Source of the DNA: an uncultured Candidatus Rokubacteria bacterium
GTDB lineage: Bacteria > Methylomirabilota > Methylomirabilia > Rokubacteriales > DASRDR01
Assembly (NCBI GenBank): GCA_963805625.1
Contig: CAWDVE010000016.1
Span: 288,001 to 352,000 of the forward strand
DNA: 64,000 bases
Reading direction: 5' to 3'
Shown here: positions 39,632 through 50,099 of the stretch, one piece after another
How positions within the stretch are numbered: the stretch's first letter is position 1
Layout of the letters: each line of letters begins with the position of its first letter
The notes under the pieces: generated by a model
Databases searched by the model: none
What the model saw: the letters and a program-made list of their open reading frames with translations, nothing else
Told to the model about the DNA's origin: nothing
Position numbers and translations under genes: made by a program

Positions 39632-42333
39632 CGTCTCCGGTCCCTGCATCACCCGCGCGGCTGTCCATTGGGCAGCACGCCGCCGCCCTGGGCGGCTTCC
39701 TCGCGCTCCTCGCGCTCTTCACCTACCCACTCATCCGCGACCCGGGCCATCTGTTGCCGTACCACAAGGATCCCATGATGTACGGGTGGACCATGATGTC
39801 CAACACCCGGCGGCTTCTCTCGACCCCGCTGGCGGTGTTCCACGGCAACACCTTCTATCCGCATGGCAACGTGGTCGCCCACACCGATCTGCTCTTGACG
39901 CCGACGCTGTTCCCCGCCGGGCCGCTGTACCTGCTGACTGGCAACCCGGTCCTCCAGTACAACCTGACGCTGCTCCTCTGGTGGGCGCTCTCGGGCTGGG
40001 CGATGTACGTCCTCGCCTTCACGCTCCTGCGCTCGCACGTCGGAGCGGCGATCGCTGCGGTCGTCTTCACGGTGTGCCCCTTCCGCACCGACTTCTACCT
40101 CGAGTTCCAGATGCAGCTCGCGTTCCCGATCCCGCTCGCCTTGCTCGGGCTCTTGCGCTTCCTGGAGACGCGGCGCACGCGGTACCTGGTCGCCACGCTC
40201 GCGCTGCTATGGGTCGAGGCGCTGGCGTCGATGTACTACGCGATCATCCTCGGCCTCTGCCTGGCGGCCCTCGCGCTCCTGCACGTCGTGGCGCGCCCCC
40301 GCACGTGGAGTTGGCGTCTTGCGCTCGAGGGTGCCATCGGCGTCGCGGCCCTGAGCCTCGCGCTCGCGCCCTTCCTCGTGCCCTACGCGCAGAACCGGAG
40401 CGAGCTGGGCATGGAGCGAGCCCTCGACCAGAACGACAACGCCTCGGCCGACGTCCTGACCTACTTCGAGACCGGCGAGACCAAGCTGTATCACTTCTCG
40501 CCGACCTATCACACCGCGGAGACCTCGATCTTCATGGGGTTCGTGGCGCTCGCCCTGGCGGGCATGGCCTTCGGTCTCGGGGACAGTCCGGAGACGCCCC
40601 CGCCGCCAGCCGGTCTCGGCGCGGCCCGACGGGCTCTCGCCGCGGTCGTTCTCGGCACTACTGTCGTCCTGGCCATCACCCTCGTGGGGCGGGCGCCCCT
40701 CCACGCGACTGGGATTCGCTTTCCGCCCCCGTTCGGTTTCTTCCTGGCCATTCTGGCATTGATCCTGGTCCGGATCGCCGTCGAGGGCTGGTGGGCGGGC
40801 CGGCGTGGCGAGCGCGGTCGCCTGGGGGACTTCGAAATTCGCTGGATCTTCCTGTTCCTGCTGGTCCTGTTCTTCCTGCTCTCCCTGGGTCCGGTGATCC
40901 TCTACGGGAGGAAGCCGCTCGGCCAGGGACTCTACGCCTACCTCTATCCCTACCTGCTGCCGCTCCATGCGATGCGGGTCTACTCCCGCCTCGGGATCAT
41001 CGTCGTGCTCGCCGTCGCGCTCCTGGCGGGCATGGGCGCTCGAGCACTCCAAACGCGACTACCGGGGCGCCGGTGGCGTCGCGTGGTCCCTGCGCTGCTC
41101 CTCCTCGGGATGCTCGCCGAGTACGCGCCGTTTCCGGTGCGCTATCGGCGTCTGGACTGGGAGCACCCGCCGCCGGTCTACCGCGCCCTCGCCGCCGACC
41201 CCGATGACGTCGCCGTCCTGGAGTGGCCACAAAACATCGAGGATCTCGACGACTACTTCGCCTTCATGTCGATCAACCATTGGAAGCGGATCGTGAACGG
41301 GGCGAGCGGCTTCTCACCGATTGGCCCCCCGATGACCCGCGACATCTCCGGCGTCCTGTCCGCGCCCGACGACCCGGAGGACGACCCATTCCCCGGCCCG
41401 GCGGCGCGCCGCTATCTCCTGGGTCTCCACCCGCTCCGCTACCTGGTGGTCCACAATGCCCTGGTCGACGCCGTCGAGCGGGAGAAGTGGCGGAAGCTCG
41501 CGACCGTGCCGTGGGCGCGTCTGGTCGCCCGCTACGGCCCCGACGACCTCTACCGGCTGAGCGGCGACATGACCGGGTCGGTCCTCGAGAAGTACTTCTC
41601 CTGGGACTATGCGCGCGACAAGCACACGGTCGATTTCGAGGCCCGCGCCATCGGCCCCGGTGCCCGGGACCGCTGGATCGACGTCGACCTGAACGGCCGT
41701 CGTCTGGGTCGGCAGGCACTCGGGAGCGACTGGACGCGCGTCAGCCTCCCGCTCGCCGGCCCGCGCCATCACTCGGCGCCCAACGTCGTCACCGTCGACT
41801 TCCAGTACCGCGAGAGCGACGCGCGTGCCACCCGGCGCATCGGGCAGACGGGCGCGACGTCGCCCGTCGATCTCCAGGTGGTCAGCGCGGGCATGGACAC
41901 GGGGAACGAGGGGGTGATCTACGTCAATGCTCACCAGCGGGCGGTCAATCGGCGTGGATACAACCTCGTCGCGATCGACCCCGCCAGCGGGGATATCCTC
42001 TGGCACGACCTGTTCGACACGCTCGTGTCTCCTGGCGAGTCCCGCCGGCTCGCCGAGGCGGTCGGGCGCCTGCGCGCCGGCACCATCGTGGCGGTGGCGG
42101 TGAAGGACGAGGCCTCGGGGGCGCTCACCGCGGAGGCGGTCGCGGCCTTCCGGTCGCTCGGCGGGCAGGAGGACATCCGCGGGCGGTATCGCGTGTCGCA
42201 CCTCCTTGTCGGCGTCAAGGGCGCCGCGCCGGGGACGGCGATCGAGCAGGTCGGCTACGCGCGCCTGATGGTGACGCTCGGGTTTGCGCCCGAGCAGCTG
42301 GGTGTGGAGATGCGCGGCTTCGCCCTCCGCTGA
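39628..42333 (+). CDS. Multi-TM GT-C-type glycosyltransferase with C-terminal ILEI-like domain
   Basis: GTG overlaps the GT2 stop; DP motif, NTFYP, MRVYSR, VNGASGF; C-terminal SAG..RGYNLVAID..FDT..VAVKDEAS. Confidence 0.7.
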   Translation: MTSPVPASPARLSIGQHAAALGGFLALLALFTYPLIRDPGHLLPYHKDPMMYGWTMMSNTRRLLSTPLAVFHGNTFYPHGNVVAHTDLLLTPTLFPAGPLYLLTGNPVLQYNLTLLLWWALSGWAMYVLAFTLLRSHVGAAIAAVVFTVCPFRTDFYLEFQMQLAFPIPLALLGLLRFLETRRTRYLVATLALLWVEALASMYYAIILGLCLAALALLHVVARPRTWSWRLALEGAIGVAALSLALAPFLVPYAQNRSELGMERALDQNDNASADVLTYFETGETKLYHFSPTYHTAETSIFMGFVALALAGMAFGLGDSPETPPPPAGLGAARRALAAVVLGTTVVLAITLVGRAPLHATGIRFPPPFGFFLAILALILVRIAVEGWWAGRRGERGRLGDFEIRWIFLFLLVLFFLLSLGPVILYGRKPLGQGLYAYLYPYLLPLHAMRVYSRLGIIVVLAVALLAGMGARALQTRLPGRRWRRVVPALLLLGMLAEYAPFPVRYRRLDWEHPPPVYRALAADPDDVAVLEWPQNIEDLDDYFAFMSINHWKRIVNGASGFSPIGPPMTRDISGVLSAPDDPEDDPFPGPAARRYLLGLHPLRYLVVHNALVDAVEREKWRKLATVPWARLVARYGPDDLYRLSGDMTGSVLEKYFSWDYARDKHTVDFEARAIGPGARDRWIDVDLNGRRLGRQALGSDWTRVSLPLAGPRHHSAPNVVTVDFQYRESDARATRRIGQTGATSPVDLQVVSAGMDTGNEGVIYVNAHQRAVNRRGYNLVAIDPASGDILWHDLFDTLVSPGESRRLAEAVGRLRAGTIVAVAVKDEASGALTAEAVAAFRSLGGQEDIRGRYRVSHLLVGVKGAAPGTAIEQVGYARLMVTLGFAPEQLGVEMRGFALR

Positions 42334-42410
42334 CAGCGCACGGAGCGCGGTTCGTGAAGCCCGTCGGCCGGGGCCCGCCGACAGGTACGGCGAGCTGAAT
42401 AACACCTCCA

Positions 42411-42560
42411 TCATTCGCTGGTCCCGGGCGGGCGCGCCGCCCCAGTGTCGGGTCGGGCAGCGTTTATCAGCAGCTGTTTCGCGGGAAGTTCCTTGCCGTC
42501 GACGACGACACTCCACTTCTGGATTCTCCTTGGTTTGAACACGACGCTGTGGGGAGCGCT
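42411..42560 (-). pseudogene. Gene fragment
   Basis: PRRIQKWSVVVDGKELPAKQLL looks protein-like but has no good start; lower GC. Confidence 0.25.
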
Positions 42561-42991
42561 GCGGAGGATGCGTCTCCTATCAGAGGGTCGAGAGAAGATC
42601 AGAGGCGAGGGTTGCACAAGAGCGTGCGATAGTCTCTGCGGCCTCTAGCGGTTGGGCAGCGCGCGCCGCCATCTGTGATCCAAGGCTTGAGGAGTTCCCG
42701 AAAAGATCCCGAGGGTGCCGATAGCTGTCTGAGTTACCTCGATCGATGGATTAGTCCGCAAGAGGTTGTGGAGCCGCGGCATCACTGACCACCGCGACTG
42801 AGGAAGCGAGGGAAGGACGGATCGGCCCGATTCTCGGGCAGTCCGGCGGACGCCGCGTAGAATATGCGCCAGTCATGCGCCCCCCTAGGTCAGGGAGACT
42901 CGAGGGTCCAGATCGTCAGAATGGTGATGGTCGCCGAGCCCCAGCCGGCGTGACGAGCTTGGGGTCAGGCCCGCACCACGAGGAGGACGTC

Positions 42992-43483
42992 GTGCGAAGT
43001 AGCGGAAGAGCCGCCGTCGTTCGACGGCGACGGTTCCTGTCGATCCTGTCCCTGGCGGTGCTGGCTTCGGTCTCCGACGGTAGCAGCGCGGACCAGGCGC
43101 TCCCCGTCACCTCCCAGGCGCTCGTCGGCACCTGGAGGCTCGTGTCCGTCGAGGAGCGGCGGCCGAACGGTGAGACCGCCTACTGGATGGGGCGCCGACC
43201 GGTCGGTCTCCTGATGTACGACCGGACAGGAAACGTGTCGGTCCAGATCATGCGCGATCCATCGGTCACGGTGACGCCGGAGAACCGGCAGGACGGCTAC
43301 TACGCGTACTTCGGCCGCTACGACGTACGGGAGATCGAGAGCACCGTCGTCCACCGCGTCCAAGGCAGCATGCGGCCGTCCGAGATCGGCGCGGACTACA
43401 CTCGGACGGTTCGACTGAGCCGTGATCGCCTCGTCCTCGGCCTGAGCGCGACCCGGACCCTCACGTGGCAGCGTCTCCGGTAG
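42992..43483 (+). CDS. Lipocalin-like domain protein
   Basis: RRRFL signal; LVGTWRLVS, GLLMYD..G, AYFGRY, LTWQR. Confidence 0.82.
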   Translation: MRSSGRAAVVRRRRFLSILSLAVLASVSDGSSADQALPVTSQALVGTWRLVSVEERRPNGETAYWMGRRPVGLLMYDRTGNVSVQIMRDPSVTVTPENRQDGYYAYFGRYDVREIESTVVHRVQGSMRPSEIGADYTRTVRLSRDRLVLGLSATRTLTWQRLR

Positions 43484-45087
43484 CAACCTGGCTCGAGGAT
43501 GCGGTCATGGGTGCCCGCCTGGTGGGCGGTCTCCGTGCCTACCTCCGGAATCCCCTCACGCTGGTCGAGGCCCGTGCGATCCTTCACCGGCGGCTCGAGC
43601 GGCGGGAGGCCGACTTCCTCGCCCTGGCTCAGGGGGCCATCTTTGCCAACCCCCGGAGCCCGTACCGGACCCTCCTGCGTCTCGCCGGCTGCGAGCAAGG
43701 CGACCTGGAGCGCCTCGTGCGCCAGGACGGCGTCGAGGGAGCGTTGCGAACGCTCTTGCACCGGGGCGTGTACCTCACCGTGGACGAGTTCAAGGGGCGG
43801 CGCCCGGTTGTCCGAGGAGCCACGACCATTGAGGCCGGGCCGGCCCTGCTTCAGAACCCCCTGGCCACTCCGCACTTCTGGGGGATGACCGGCGGTAGTC
43901 GAGGAGCCGCCACCCGATTGCCCCTCGATCTCGCCTGCCTCCGCGATCGCGCGGTGAACCTCTACCTCTCGCTCGATGCTCAGGGAGGCGCGGGGTGGCG
44001 GAAGGGGGTGTGGGGCACGCCGAGCATCACCGCGCTGCTCTGGTATTCGGCCTGCGGTGGTAGGGCGGCGGCCTGGTTCTCGCAGGTCGACCCCGCCCTC
44101 CGGGGCCTCCATCCGCGCTACCGGTGGAGCGTGCGCGCGGTCACCTGGGCCAGCCGGCTGACCGGCGTCCCGCTGCCGCGGTTCCAGCACGTGCCGCTGG
44201 ACGCCCCGCTCCCGGTCGTCCGGTGGATGCGGGCGACTCTCGCGGCGGGGGCTACCCCACATCTCTGGGCCTTCCCAAGCTCGGCGGTCACCCTCTGCCG
44301 GGCCGCGGAAGAGGCGGGGATCGACATCGGAGGGGCCCGCTTCACCATCACCGGTGAGCCGGTGACGGCGGCGCGTCTCGCCGCCATCCGCCATGCCGGC
44401 GCTGTTGCGGTGCCCGACTATGGCAGCGCGGACTCCGGCGGGTCGGTCACCTACGGGTGCCTGCATCCCGAGGCGCCCGACGACGTCCACCTCTTCCAGG
44501 ATCTCAACGCCCTCATCCAGGCGGACACGCCACCGTTCCCGGCGGGCGCCCTGCTAGCGTCCTCCCTTCGGCGGACCGTGCCGTTCGTCCTCCTCAACGT
44601 CTCCATGGGCGACTGTGCCACCGTGACCGACCGGCGCTGCGGCTGTCCGATGGAAGCGCTGGGCTGGCGCACGCACCTCAAGGCCATCCGGAGCTTCGAG
44701 AAGCTGACCGCTGGTGGCATGACCTTCATCGACACCGACGTCATTCGAGTGCTGGAGCAGGTCTTGCCCAGCCGCTTCGGCGGGAGCCCGGTCGACTACC
44801 AGCTCATCGAGGGGGAGACGGAGGACGGTCGGCCTCGCCTCCGCCTGTTGGTGCATCCCCGTGTCGGACCGTTCGACGCGGCGGCCGTCGAGGCGGCCTT
44901 CCTGGACGCGGTCGGCGCCGGCTCCGGAGCCGAACGAATCATGGCGCACCAGTGGCGCGAGGGCCGTATGCTCCGCGTGGAGCGCGAGCCACCGCGTGCC
45001 GGCTCGGCGGGGAAGATCCTCCACATCTGGGCGCCGCGCCCGAGGAGCGGCGCCAGCGCCGCGAGCCGCGACGAGCGGGAGGGCTAG
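43465..45087 (+). CDS. Phenylacetate-CoA-ligase-like hypothetical protein
   Basis: TGGSRG loop, ITGEP, DYGSADSG, NVSMGD, CGCP, IRSFEKLT. Confidence 0.6.
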   Translation: MAASPVATWLEDAVMGARLVGGLRAYLRNPLTLVEARAILHRRLERREADFLALAQGAIFANPRSPYRTLLRLAGCEQGDLERLVRQDGVEGALRTLLHRGVYLTVDEFKGRRPVVRGATTIEAGPALLQNPLATPHFWGMTGGSRGAATRLPLDLACLRDRAVNLYLSLDAQGGAGWRKGVWGTPSITALLWYSACGGRAAAWFSQVDPALRGLHPRYRWSVRAVTWASRLTGVPLPRFQHVPLDAPLPVVRWMRATLAAGATPHLWAFPSSAVTLCRAAEEAGIDIGGARFTITGEPVTAARLAAIRHAGAVAVPDYGSADSGGSVTYGCLHPEAPDDVHLFQDLNALIQADTPPFPAGALLASSLRRTVPFVLLNVSMGDCATVTDRRCGCPMEALGWRTHLKAIRSFEKLTAGGMTFIDTDVIRVLEQVLPSRFGGSPVDYQLIEGETEDGRPRLRLLVHPRVGPFDAAAVEAAFLDAVGAGSGAERIMAHQWREGRMLRVEREPPRAGSAGKILHIWAPRPRSGASAASRDEREG

Positions 45088-45090
45088 GTC

Positions 45091-46359
45091 TCAGGACGGC
45101 GGCTGGCTCCTCCCGCTGCCGGTTGCGAGGCTCTTTGCCGTTGCTTCAGCGCCTCCGATGTCGAGCGGCAATCGCGGTACGGGCGGCGCCGCCAGGGTGC
45201 GGGCCATCACCTCGGCCAAGAGGCTCGGTGTGGTCGCGTCGGCGTCCACGATCGAGTCGATCGCCCCGGCCTTCTGGAACTTCCTCGCCTGCAGCATCTG
45301 CTCGCCGAAGTCGGGCGCATACCGTGGGAGGACGATGCCGCGGGTCGACGCCTGGTACAGCTCGGTGCAAGCGTTGTAGCCCGCCATCGAGATGACGAGC
45401 CGGTAGTGGTTCAACCGGCGAGCCAAACCGGGCACCACCCGGCTCAGGCGAACGTCGGCCCGACCATCCACGCGGCGAGCAATCTCCCGGTATCCCTTGT
45501 CCGGAAGCTGACCCCCCGTCACGATGTGGAGGGAGAAGCCCGGCTGGGAGGCCGAGAACTCGAAGAACGCCTGCACCACCAGGACGATCTTGCGGAAGGC
45601 GTCGACTCCGCCGCCGAATGTCGCGAGGATCTGGGCGGGAGGATCCATCTTCTCCGGGGGCGACCCGACGACATAGCCCATCACGTGGACCTTGGCCGCA
45701 ACCGTCCGGAACCATGGAGAGCCCTCGAGCAGGCTTGCTCTCTCGGAGGGATCCACGTAGACGAAGAGTCGATCCACCTGCTCGCTGAGCATCTGCTCGA
45801 CAAGCGATGCGTGCTCTCTCGCCCAGAGGCTCGTGGACACGCCGTTGAAGCCGGCGCAGCGGAGCGTCTCCGGCGAGTGCTCGCTCAGGTAGTCGAGGGT
45901 CGGGCCGCATTCCTCCACGGCTTGTAGCGGGCGGATGAACGGGAACCCCTCGAGCAGGACCGCGTATGGCCGGATGTGAGCCGTCAGGGCCCGCAAGAGC
46001 CGCCCACGATGCGCGGAGAACTGGTCGGTCGGAACGTGCGGTAGCGAGCTGACGCGATCCGGGAGCGGGAGCCGCTCCGGAAGGAAATTGGGAGAGCCGA
46101 TCCGGAACGCGGGTAGCAGCACTTCGCGGATCGCCTCGTGAGGCTCCTCTGGTTCATACTCCGGACACGAGGAGACGACGTAGGCGTCGAACGGGAACTC
46201 TTCGACCAAACGCCGCGCGATCTTGCGGCACCGGGAGATGTGGCCGTACGCGAAGCCCGCGTGGCCGAAGAACAGGACAGCCCGGCGGCGAGGCGGAGCG
46301 ACCCTCGCCGCCTCGGACACCTCGTTTACCGAGACCCGGCAACCGGGGCGGCTGTCCAT
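45091..46359 (-). CDS. GT-B glycosyltransferase (GT28-C-like)
   Basis: GYGHISR-type motif (AYGHISR), EGFPF, TFGGG.D, ISMAGYN, EQ..A. Confidence 0.75.
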   Translation of the reverse strand: MDSRPGCRVSVNEVSEAARVAPPRRRAVLFFGHAGFAYGHISRCRKIARRLVEEFPFDAYVVSSCPEYEPEEPHEAIREVLLPAFRIGSPNFLPERLPLPDRVSSLPHVPTDQFSAHRGRLLRALTAHIRPYAVLLEGFPFIRPLQAVEECGPTLDYLSEHSPETLRCAGFNGVSTSLWAREHASLVEQMLSEQVDRLFVYVDPSERASLLEGSPWFRTVAAKVHVMGYVVGSPPEKMDPPAQILATFGGGVDAFRKIVLVVQAFFEFSASQPGFSLHIVTGGQLPDKGYREIARRVDGRADVRLSRVVPGLARRLNHYRLVISMAGYNACTELYQASTRGIVLPRYAPDFGEQMLQARKFQKAGAIDSIVDADATTPSLLAEVMARTLAAPPVPRLPLDIGGAEATAKSLATGSGRSQPPS

Positions 46360-46685
46360 CGGACGCGTGCATCATACGGAGCCGCCGTCGGACCGGCAAG
46401 CACGGGCTGACGGCGGAACGGGCCGGCTGGCAAGACGTCGATCGAGCCCACGCGCTCCTGCTGAGGGCACTGGCCCGCGGAGGGCGGACAGGGCGGGGCG
46501 TTCGATGGTTACGTGACGCGCATTACGGAACCATCGGCACGACCCGTTGCACGGGAAGGAACGTAGGAGATCCTACCCACGTTTCTTGGTCCCGTTCCTC
46601 CGCCCCCGGCCCCCCGCTCGCGGCGGTCACGCCTCCAGCGCCGCGCCTGCACCATAGCGCTGCAGGGTGCCCGGATGCCTCGGCG

Positions 46686-47933
46686 TCACGCTCCGCGGCG
46701 ACGTTCGGCCACGTCCTCCAGCGCAAAGCCGGTGACGCGCTTGTAGTCGTCGGAGAGCCGCCGCAGCTCGGCCTGGGTGATGTAGCGGTCGAGGTCGTCG
46801 AACGGCCTGTCGCCGACGAGCTCCTCCACGCGCCCAATGATGTAGTCCGGCGGGTGCTCGCGGTTGGTGCGCACGACCTGGGCTGTCGGCCCGCAGCGCG
46901 TGGTTTCGTAGGCCGTGAGGGCTGCCCGGGGATCACCGCCCTCGGCCAGGCGGTCGGCGAGCACGCGCGCGTCGAGGATTGCCTGGGCTGCGCCGTTCGA
47001 GCCGCGCGGGTACATCGGGTGGGCGGCGTCCCCCAGGAGGGTCACGCGGCCGAAAGTCCAACGATCGACGGGGTCCCGGTCTACCATCGGGTACTCGAAG
47101 ATGACCTCCGAGCGGCGGATCAGATCGGGAACGTCGAGCCAGTCGAATCTCCAGTTCGCATAGATGTGGATGAAGTCTTCGAGCTGGCCCGGCTTGTTCC
47201 AGTCGTTCCGATCGTAGCCCGGCTGGGCGACCTGGGTGGTCCAGTTGATGAGCTGATTCCCCTCGCCATCGACGCCGTCGATGATCGGATAGATCACGAT
47301 GTTACCCGTGTGAATCGAGCCGGCGCGCACGTAGCTGCGACCGGTCAGGAACGGCTTCGCCCGCGTGACGCCGCGCCACGTGTTGATGCCGATGAAGCGC
47401 AGTTCCTCGTCCGGGTAGAATTGCCGGCGCACGGCCGAGTTGACGCCGTCGCACGCGATCGCGATGTCGGCCTCGACCGGCGCGCGCGCCGCGCCGGTCG
47501 GGCCGGACCGGAAGTGGAGGGTCACGCGCTGGTCGGTCTGCTCGAGCCCGACGCATTGATGGTCGGTGAGGATGCGCGCGGCGCCGAGCCGCGCCACCGC
47601 GGCGTTCCACAAGGTCAGATGGACCCGGCCTCGGTGGAGACCAACCTCGGGGAAGGGATAGCCCGCGAACCGGCCGCGCGGCTCGGCGTAGATGAGCTGG
47701 CCAAAGCGGTTGAAGAAGCAGCTCTCACGGTTCTCGATGCCCTGGCGCGTCAGTGCCTCGCCGAGGCCGAGCGCCGTCATCTCGCGCATCGCGTGGGGCA
47801 GCAGCGTGATCCCGACGCCCAGTTCCTTCACCTCGGGCGCGCTCTCGTACACGCGGCAGGGGATGGCGCGCTGGTGGAGGGCCAGCGCGAGAGTGAGCCC
47901 CCCGATCCCGCCGCCGACGATGGTGATGTCCAT
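46686..47933 (-). CDS. FAD-dependent monooxygenase
   Basis: IVGGGIGG, ACDGVNS, YPMVDRDP, LLGDAAHPMYPRGSNG. Confidence 0.9.
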   Translation of the reverse strand: MDITIVGGGIGGLTLALALHQRAIPCRVYESAPEVKELGVGITLLPHAMREMTALGLGEALTRQGIENRESCFFNRFGQLIYAEPRGRFAGYPFPEVGLHRGRVHLTLWNAAVARLGAARILTDHQCVGLEQTDQRVTLHFRSGPTGAARAPVEADIAIACDGVNSAVRRQFYPDEELRFIGINTWRGVTRAKPFLTGRSYVRAGSIHTGNIVIYPIIDGVDGEGNQLINWTTQVAQPGYDRNDWNKPGQLEDFIHIYANWRFDWLDVPDLIRRSEVIFEYPMVDRDPVDRWTFGRVTLLGDAAHPMYPRGSNGAAQAILDARVLADRLAEGGDPRAALTAYETTRCGPTAQVVRTNREHPPDYIIGRVEELVGDRPFDDLDRYITQAELRRLSDDYKRVTGFALEDVAERRRGA

Positions 47934-48009
47934 GAGCCCGATCCGCCTCCGGTGTCAACCTGACGGGGCGCCTCCACCGAAGCGCCTCACTCGCGCGCTG
48001 ATCAGGAAC

Positions 48010-48290
48010 CTAGACGGTGCAAAGCCTGTTTCCTGCCCCCCCTCCACGACCCCGCCGTCAGCCCAGCGGGCACATTCCCCGGGGTGGCCGGACTCTAGCG
48101 CGCGGCCGGCCGGCCCGGCAAGGGCCAGAGCGGGGCCGGGCGGGCTGGGTAAGATCCGGCCCCCGCGGGTCGGCGGGCAGACCGGCACGGCGGCGGGAGG
48201 TGGTCGCCGAGACTGACGGCGGGTCACGAGGCGGTGACGGAACGGGGCGGCCGCGGCTGGGGCGCCAGCCCGAGCGCGCCGAGCAGGCAC
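48010..48290 (-). mobile_element. IS91/ISCR-type 3' end (remnant 5)
   Basis: LLGALGLAPQPRPPRSVTAS* then the conserved end TTTG-CACCG-TCTAG. Confidence 0.78.
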
Positions 48291-48834
48291 GGCGCTCCTC
48301 TTGGCCCCGCTGGAATTGTTGGAACGGCTGGCGGCCTTGGTGCCCCCGCCGCGCCGACCGTTGCTCGCGTACCACGGCGTGCTGGCCCCGCGCGCTCGCT
48401 GGAGATCGGCCATCGTGCCGAGGCCACTGCCGGCCGACGTGCGGGCGGTGGCGGCGCCTGTCCAGCGACGCTGGCCCTGGGCCCAGCTCCTGCGCCGGGT
48501 GTTCGGGTTTGACGTGCTCGTGTGTGACCGCTGTGGCGGGCCGCGGCGGATCCTCGGCGCCGTGACGGAGCCCCACGCCGTGCCCCGTCCCCGCCGCCTG
48601 ACCCGCGGTCGATCGCGCTCCCCACCCCGGCGTCGCCGGTCCCGTCCGTCCGGCGCCGCTCCGGCGCCGCTCCGGCGCCGCGGGGGACGCGTCCTGGGCC
48701 CTCCCGTGCCGACCGCCGGCGGCCCTTGCCGGCCCCGCCGGAGCCGCGCTATCGTTCCGGCGGCAGCCACCGGCGGCCGGGGGGCGGGCCGACGTGACAG
48801 AGGGCGGGACGAGGGGGCCGAGAAACGTGCCTAG
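48285..48834 (+). mobile_element. IS91/ISCR-family transposase 3' fragment and end (remnant 6)
   Basis: PLELLERLAALVPPPRRPLLAYHGVLAP..WAQLLRRVFGFDVLVCDRCGG; ends GTGCCTAG. Confidence 0.82.
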
Positions 48835-48873
48835 CATGCTGCCGCGGACGTCGGCGAGCGTGTCGCGCGCGCG

Positions 48874-50030
48874 TTGCCGGCGGACACGGAGGCTCGACTA
48901 CTGCCTGCCATCCTCGATCTGCTCGGCGCCTTGCCGCTCGACCATCCGTTTCGCAATGCGGATCCGGCGCAGCGCCGCCACCGGACGCGTGACGCCGTCA
49001 GACAGATGCTTCTGGCCGCGAGCCGATCTCAGGCCTTGTGTCTGGTCGTCGAGGACCTCCACTGGATCGACACCGAGACCCAGGAGTCTCTCGACAGCCT
49101 CGTCAACGGCATGGTCGCGTCGCGGATCCTGCTCCTCGTGACCTATCGACCGGAGTATCGGCACGCGTGGGGCAGCAAGACGATCTACAGCCAGGTGGGC
49201 CTGGACGCGCTGCCGGTCGAGAGCGCCGGCGCGCTGCTTGGCCGCGGCCCCGGGCTCGTTCCGCTCAAGAAGCTCCTGGTCGGGCAGGGCAACCCGTTCT
49301 TCCTGGAAGAGACGGTCAGGATGCTCGTGGAGATGAGAGTGCTCGTGGGCGAGCGCGGCCGGTATCGTCTGGCGCACTCGGTCGGCGCGATCGCGGTCCC
49401 GCACACGGTTCAGGCGATACTGGCGGCACGGATCGATCGGCTGCCGCCCGAGGACCGGCACCTCCTCCAGGTCGCCTCGGTCGTCGGAAAGGACGTGCCG
49501 CTTCCGCTGCTCCAGGCCATCGCCGACCTGCCGGACGAGGCGATCCGCCGCGGGCTCGACCACCTGCAGGCCGCCGAGTTCCTGTACGAGACGCGCGCGC
49601 TCCCGTATCCCGAGTACACCTTCAAGCACGCGCTGACCCACGAGGTCACTTACGGAACCCTGCTTCCCGATCGGCGCCAGGCCCTGCACGCCCGGATCGT
49701 CGAGGCCATCGAGGGCCTCAATCCGGACGGGCTGACCGGCGCGGACGAGCGACTCGCCTACCATGCGCTCCGCGGCGAGCTGTGGGAGAAGACGGTCACG
49801 TGCCTCCGTCAGGCCGGGGCCAGGGCCGTCGGGCGATCGGCGAACCGGGACGCCGTCAGGTGCTTCGCATGCGTCACCTCGTCGCCCACTGCAAGATCGG
49901 TCTGGGCCGGCTCCACAGGCAGACGGGCCAGCTCGAGACCGCCCGGGAGCACCTCACGACGGCGACGAGCATGTTCCGCGCGATGGGCATGAAGTTCTGG
50001 CTGCAGAGGTCGCAACACGCACTGCCGTGA
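48874..50030 (+). pseudogene. Internal fragment of an adenylate cyclase-AAA-TPR type protein
   Basis: VEDLHWID, GNPFFLEE, ILAARIDRL, FKHALTHEVTY; C-terminal AREHLTTATSMFRAMGMKFW in another frame. Confidence 0.8.
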
Positions 50031-50099
50031 CGCGGCGGGCCAGGTGACGGCGAGACGTCAGGGGTCGGAGTCGTCCTCCAAGAAAGGGGACACTAGTTC

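Noticed and set aside
37160-42333. 628-aa and 1137-aa ORFs as giant fusions
   Set aside because: Their N-terminal extensions overlap other real genes; better starts are 37936 and 39628. The same applies to the 840-aa iorB call (start 34671)
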